This document shows positions 15,027 to 19,328 of a stretch of DNA of 19,328 nucleotides, piece after piece (position 1 is the stretch's first letter; every line of letters starts with the position of its first letter). The stretch covers positions 1 through 19,328 of the forward strand of contig JBDHHP010000070.1 of assembly GCA_039589275.1 (NCBI GenBank), read 5' to 3'. A program made the translations under genes and the position numbers. The notes below the pieces were generated by a model that was not told where the DNA came from, made no database searches, and saw nothing but the letters and a program-made list of their open reading frames with translations. Source of the DNA: Gemmatimonadota bacterium. GTDB taxonomy: Bacteria > Gemmatimonadota > Gemmatimonadetes > Gemmatimonadales > GWC2-71-9.

Positions 15027-15430
15027 GTTAAGTAGACCCCTACCCGGGATCTCTATGGGGACCCCCCGATTCACCATCCCTAACATGGGACGCCTGGTCA
15101 AAAAGAGGCAGTTTTGAGGTCGGTATCTGAGTTCTACTGGTCTCGAATGGGGCCCCAATTGCAGAAGGGTCCCTCTAACCCCCGCTAGTCTGTACTTGGA
15201 GGCCGATTCACTTCCTGGACCCGGCTCACTGTTTTACGATGGGCTTCGAGGGGCTAGTTTTGCGCCTGTCGACAACACCACTGATTTGAGGCGGGCAATC
15301 ACTGACCCGTGACTGTTCAGCGATGCGGTACTCTACTCATGGCTTCTTGACCACTGCGGCAAACTCGTCCCCGGCAGTAGCCCCGTCCAAAAACTTGCGA
15401 AATGTCCTATGATACGACATATTGTCAGGC

Positions 15431-16147
15431 ATGAAGACATATCACGGCCGCTGGATCCAAATCGGCATCAACTTGCTGCTGGAGCGCAGCGCGCTGCCGG
15501 GAGCTGGGGTAAAACTCGCACGCAGGGTATTTGGCCTCACTCAGCAGCACGTGGCCGACATGATCGGTGTGACCACCAGGACGGTCAACCGATGGGAAGG
15601 TGGTGCCACGACCCCCAAGACGCGGGATCTCCATTACTTGGCTGATAAGCTGCACGAGTACACGGTCCGCGAACTGCTGAAAGTCGACGCCTGCGTCCGC
15701 GAGTTGAATACCAGCTACCATCTTTCCGACCCTTCGGAGGAAGAACAATTACGGGCCGGGATCGAAGCAAGCTTCGAGGATATCGACCGCCGGACCGCGA
15801 CACTGGCGAAGTTCGCTGTCTTCGGCCTGCATACCCCATTTCCGATCGAAACTCTCGCTGAGTTTTTCGGCTTACCAACCAGCATTCTCAAGGTTCTGCC
15901 GCTGTCAGATAGCCCAGAAGGAAAAATGACGCTAGCGGACATCGGCATTGCCATTGAAGCGAGAGTCCGAGGAGTAGATACAGCGAAGTTTGTTGAGCAA
16001 TACAGTGGCGTCGTGGGACTGGCCCTGCTCTATGGTCAGCAGCGCGCAAGGGGCGAACTGCTTGTGGCTTGGGATCACATCTACAGCGCTCTTGTCCGGC
16101 AGTTCCCGATCGCATTGGGAATCGCAGAGGAATCTCCTGAAAGGTGA
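15431..16147 (+). CDS. XRE-family HTH regulator with an uncharacterised C-terminal domain
   Basis: LARRVFGLTQQHVADMIGVTTRTVNRWEGG is a canonical XRE/Cro HTH. ATG 15431 is preferred over the TTG at 15422 used by the ORF track. Confidence 0.8.
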   Translation: MKTYHGRWIQIGINLLLERSALPGAGVKLARRVFGLTQQHVADMIGVTTRTVNRWEGGATTPKTRDLHYLADKLHEYTVRELLKVDACVRELNTSYHLSDPSEEEQLRAGIEASFEDIDRRTATLAKFAVFGLHTPFPIETLAEFFGLPTSILKVLPLSDSPEGKMTLADIGIAIEARVRGVDTAKFVEQYSGVVGLALLYGQQRARGELLVAWDHIYSALVRQFPIALGIAEESPER

Positions 16148-16218
16148 CCTAACAGAACCCCGGCCGGTCGCGGCAACGACCAACCGGGGTCAACCGTCAA
16201 CCTACAACGGCTTAGCAG

Positions 16219-16476
16219 ATGCAGGATAACAAGAACGAATCAAAGAATCCATTCGAGCAGTACCCTGCCCTGGAATTGTGGTGGAAGCGACTCGCCGCAG
16301 GAGTCGGCGGGCAGGACCCTGACAGACCATCAACTTGGATACTGGACCGGCTTTGGAGAGCGGCGTGCTGCGAGGCGTCCGCAATGGAAGCAGCCGCCTT
16401 GGACCAGTCGAACGGCTGGCGCGCTGACATGTTAAGGGCACGCACATTGGCCTTACGTGGCGAGAGGGCCGCATGA
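16219..16476 (+). CDS. Hypothetical 85-aa protein, possibly coupled to the downstream gene
   Basis: ATGA start/stop overlap with the 16473 gene. No recognisable motif and a weak Shine-Dalgarno. Confidence 0.4.
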   Translation: MQDNKNESKNPFEQYPALELWWKRLAAGVGGQDPDRPSTWILDRLWRAACCEASAMEAAALDQSNGWRADMLRARTLALRGERAA

Positions 16477-17828
16477 GTACCGCAGCCAAGTTCAGTTTGG
16501 AGAAGGAGACGGCCTACCGCCACGCACTTGCCGAGATGGTCAACTTCGACGGGGAAACCCCTCAGCCAGTAACTCGGAGCTGGCCCGAACCACTGGGTGA
16601 AGCCGCCTACTGTGGGTTCATCGGCGAGATGGTGAGGGAGATTGAACCGCACACGGAAGCGGACCCTGTGGCGATTATGTCCCAAGCCCTGGTGATGGCT
16701 GGTAATGCCATTGGGTCCAGACCCAACTTCCAGGTCGAGAACGACATCCACCGGGTGAACGAGTACACGCTGATTGTGGCTGACACCGCATCAGGCAGGA
16801 AAGGCGTATCGCGGAACCAGGCACAAGGGCCGATTGCTCAATCCAACCCCGACTGGTCTCAGCGCATCGTGAACGGCCTCACCAGTGGCGAGGGAGTCAT
16901 CCATGCAGTACGCGACCCGATCGAGAAGCTGGAGCCGATGCGCGATGGGAAGAACGGGCCGATAACCGACTACCAGACTGTCGTGGTGGATCCTGGCGTG
17001 GATGACAAGCGCCTCATGGTAGTAGAGACCGAGTTCGCCTCGGCAATCAAGAAGATGTCGTTGCCTGGAAACACCTTATCACCAGTCATACGCCGTGCGT
17101 GGGACGGTGGGACTGAACCACTTACCACCCTGGCAAAGACGGCACATGAGAGGGCCACGGGAGCCCACATATCAATCATCGGCCACATCACGGCGTACGA
17201 GCTACAACACCGCATTGAGTCCACGGAGTTGGCGAACGGCTTTCTGAATCGGTTCTTGCTGGTGTGCGCCAAGCGCAGCAAGACGCTCCCAGATGGTGGC
17301 AACCTCTCCGAAGGCACCCGCACAGTGATGGCGAGCGCCATGGGCAAGGTTCTCAGCCGTGCTGCACAGGTGGACCGTATGGAACGCGACAAAGACGCAC
17401 GCGACCTGTGGCACGATGTGTACGCTGACCTCTCAGAACAAGTGGACGGTCTGGTCGGTGCCGTGATGGCAAGGGCCGAAGCACACGTTCTTCGGCTGTC
17501 GATGCTGTACGCTCTGCTGGATGAGAGTGCGGTCATCTGCCAACCTCACTTGGAGGCAGCACTCGAGTTCTGGAGGTACTGCAAACAGTCAGCCGAACAC
17601 TTGTTTGGGGATGTTGTAGGCGACCCTGACGTTGACCGGCTTATGAAAGCACTTCACAAGAATGGCGGCAAGATGGCCAAGACGGAGGTGTCTGCCCTCT
17701 ACAGCCGAAACAAGAAGACTGATCCGATTATCGACCGCGCCACAACGAAGGGACTGGTCGTGGTCGAAAAGGAACACACGAGCAGTCCCGGCCGGAACCC
17801 AGAGTACGTGCGACTCACGGGCAATTAA
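16473..17828 (+). CDS. DUF3987-like protein, a putative replication/helicase-type protein of integrative elements
   Basis: The motifs LIVADTASGRKG, GLTSGEGVIHAVRD, RLMVVETEFA, RRAWDGG, AHISIIGHIT and NGFLNRFLL match my recollection of the DUF3987 family. GAGAGGG Shine-Dalgarno upstream. Confidence 0.75.
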   Translation: MSTAAKFSLEKETAYRHALAEMVNFDGETPQPVTRSWPEPLGEAAYCGFIGEMVREIEPHTEADPVAIMSQALVMAGNAIGSRPNFQVENDIHRVNEYTLIVADTASGRKGVSRNQAQGPIAQSNPDWSQRIVNGLTSGEGVIHAVRDPIEKLEPMRDGKNGPITDYQTVVVDPGVDDKRLMVVETEFASAIKKMSLPGNTLSPVIRRAWDGGTEPLTTLAKTAHERATGAHISIIGHITAYELQHRIESTELANGFLNRFLLVCAKRSKTLPDGGNLSEGTRTVMASAMGKVLSRAAQVDRMERDKDARDLWHDVYADLSEQVDGLVGAVMARAEAHVLRLSMLYALLDESAVICQPHLEAALEFWRYCKQSAEHLFGDVVGDPDVDRLMKALHKNGGKMAKTEVSALYSRNKKTDPIIDRATTKGLVVVEKEHTSSPGRNPEYVRLTGN

Positions 17829-17852
17829 TTCGTTTAGTTCGTTTTTTTCGTA
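17829..17852 (+). repeat. Right copy of the 3 x 9-bp TTCGT(T/A) array, just upstream of xis
   Basis: ttcgtttagttcgtttttttcgta ends 12 nt before the xis start. It is inverted relative to 14402-14425. Confidence 0.6.
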
Positions 17853-17863
17853 GCCTCGGGGAA

Positions 17864-18160
17864 ATGAAGCAACACCTGGACCTGATAGCCGAGTTGAACG
17901 ACTGCTACAAGCAGCGGGTTGAACTGGACGCCCGCATCGCGGCGGCAATGGCTTCGGTCCTTAAAGGACTAGCCGAAGCCTACGGGAACACGAGCGAATC
18001 CGACGACGAATGGCTGACGGTCAAAGAGGTCGCAAAGGCTATGAAATGCTCAACCGATTACGTCTACGAACACAAGGAGACCTGGCCTTTCGCATACAAG
18101 GCCTGTGGGCGCTGGAAGTTCTCCAAGAACGGCCTTAGGCGCTGGATGGATGTACGGTGA
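17864..18160 (+). CDS. xis: Excisionase/AlpA-type HTH DNA-binding protein
   Basis: The C-terminal WLTVKEVAKAMKCSTDYVYEH...GRWKFSKNGLRRWMD fits the excisionase-family winged HTH. It sits directly upstream of the integrase. Confidence 0.7.
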   Translation: MKQHLDLIAELNDCYKQRVELDARIAAAMASVLKGLAEAYGNTSESDDEWLTVKEVAKAMKCSTDYVYEHKETWPFAYKACGRWKFSKNGLRRWMDVR

Positions 18161-18188
18161 ACCTGTCACCCTCAAGGAGGGGGGCTGC

Positions 18189-19328
18189 ATGACCACTCGA
18201 AGGAGGCGTGACCACGGAACGGGACATATCTACCGGCGTGGTGGTGTGTGGTGGATTCAGACCCGATTCCACGGGAAGCGACACCGAGAATCGTCTCATT
18301 CAACCAAGAAGGGAGATGCCGTCAAGCTCTTGAAGCAACGGATAGCGGAACAGACGGATGGGACATTCAACCCGCGGGCCCAAGACGTGACGTTCGGTGA
18401 ACTGGCCGCCATGCTGCGGACCAACTACCGGATCAACGGCCGACGATCCAAGCGGCGTGCCGAATTGTCAATCCGACACCTGGAAGACGTCTTCGGCCAG
18501 GACAAGGCTGTGAACATCACTTATGACCGCCTGGAGAAGTACATCGAGTATCGGGCCGACGAAGGCGCGGCCCCGGCATCAATCCAGAACGAACTGGCAG
18601 CGCTGAAGTTCATGTTCAGCCTCGCAGTGAAGGCCAGGAAGTTGAACCAGAAACCCGCCTTTCCGACTGTGAAGGTCACTAACGCACGGGACGTGTTCTT
18701 CGATGATTGGGAGTTCGCGGCGTTGAAGAAGGAACTGCCGGACTACCTGAAGGGGTTAGCCGAATTCAGTTACCTGACTGGGTGGCGCATCAATTCGGAG
18801 CTTCTAGGTCTAGATGAAGGCCACCAGCCGCTGGAGTGGAACCAGGTACACTTCCAGGCTGGCGTCGTGACGCTGAAGGTGGGTACCACGAAGAACGACG
18901 AAGGCCGAACATTCCCGTTCGATGTGCTTCCCGAGTTGAAGGACATTCTGGCCCGCCAGCGAGGCTACACCGACCACTGGTCCAAGATCACCGGTAAGGT
19001 TGTCCCCTTGGTCTTCCACCGTCGCGGAGAACCCATCAAGAATTTCAGGCGTGCCTGGATGTCCGCCTGCAAGCGCGCAGACCTTGGCCGGAAGATCCCA
19101 CACGACTTCCGCAGAACCGCCGTCCGGAATCTCGAGCGGGCCGGTGTGCCCCGGTCTGTGGCAAAGAAGCTGGTAGGCCACAAGACCGACTCGATGTACA
19201 ACCGGTACGCAATCGCCAACGAGAAAGACCTACGGGAAGGCGTCCAGAAGCTTGCCGAGCTTCGCCAGGGCAAACAGGATGAAGCACCGAGAGTGTTAGC
19301 GATCGGTGGGGGAGGGAATCACGAGTGA
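18189..19328 (+). CDS. int: Tyrosine recombinase / phage-type integrase
   Basis: Catalytic signature HDFRRTAVRNLERAGV...LVGHKTDSMYNRYA (HxxR, GH, Tyr). N-terminal arm-binding-like GHIYRRGGVWWIQ. AAGGAGG lies upstream of ATG 18189. The ORF-track start at 18105 overlaps xis. Confidence 0.92.
   Translation: MTTRRRRDHGTGHIYRRGGVWWIQTRFHGKRHRESSHSTKKGDAVKLLKQRIAEQTDGTFNPRAQDVTFGELAAMLRTNYRINGRRSKRRAELSIRHLEDVFGQDKAVNITYDRLEKYIEYRADEGAAPASIQNELAALKFMFSLAVKARKLNQKPAFPTVKVTNARDVFFDDWEFAALKKELPDYLKGLAEFSYLTGWRINSELLGLDEGHQPLEWNQVHFQAGVVTLKVGTTKNDEGRTFPFDVLPELKDILARQRGYTDHWSKITGKVVPLVFHRRGEPIKNFRRAWMSACKRADLGRKIPHDFRRTAVRNLERAGVPRSVAKKLVGHKTDSMYNRYAIANEKDLREGVQKLAELRQGKQDEAPRVLAIGGGGNHE

Larger units (their letters stand above)
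14179..19328 (+). mobile_element. Small tRNA-associated integrative element; right end beyond the window
   Basis: A partial tRNA 3' copy sits at the left end. Excisionase and tyrosine integrase sit at the right end. In between are an xre regulator and a DUF3987-like gene. GC looks lower than in the kinase region, and there are no structural or conjugation genes. Confidence 0.6.

Noticed and set aside
18105-18188. N-terminal extension of the integrase ORF
   Set aside because: It overlaps the end of xis. A strong AAGGAGG precedes ATG 18189, and the integrase-typical N-terminus begins there.
1-19328. CRISPR arrays, rRNA genes, transposase or IS elements
   Set aside because: I saw no regularly spaced 25-40 bp repeats, no rRNA-like conserved blocks, and no transposase-like ORF or terminal inverted repeats flanking one.

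Overview
High-GC bacterial window; the kinase families suggest Gemmatimonadota/Acidobacteriota, but that is inference. It has three parts. (1) 1-7.7 kb looks like core genome: a lipoprotein dihaem cytochrome c and two paralogous Ser/Thr kinases, each flanked by a conserved 150-260 bp non-coding repeat. (2) About 7.7-14.2 kb is an accessory block, entirely on the minus strand. It holds a MerR-controlled operon merR, thioredoxin-fold gene, merT, merP-like, merB, with no merA in the window. The merP-like gene is absent from the ORF track because a TGA replaces the first Cys of GMTCxxC, so it is either a selenocysteine candidate or a pseudogene. Directly upstream lies an operon of tetR, a SAM methyltransferase and a fused HgcA/HgcB-like corrinoid-membrane-ferredoxin gene. 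A GIY-YIG gene and a Cys-rich ORF complete the block. (3) 14.18-19.33 kb is a small integrative element. It starts at a partial tRNA-Gln(CUG) 3' fragment, continues through a 1.2 kb ORF-free repeat-rich region, then xre, orf85, a DUF3987-like gene, xis and int. The most interesting signal is the corrinoid methyl-transfer module placed next to organomercurial lyase and Hg uptake genes. All calls come from reading the sequence and recalled family motifs; no searches or folding programs were run.
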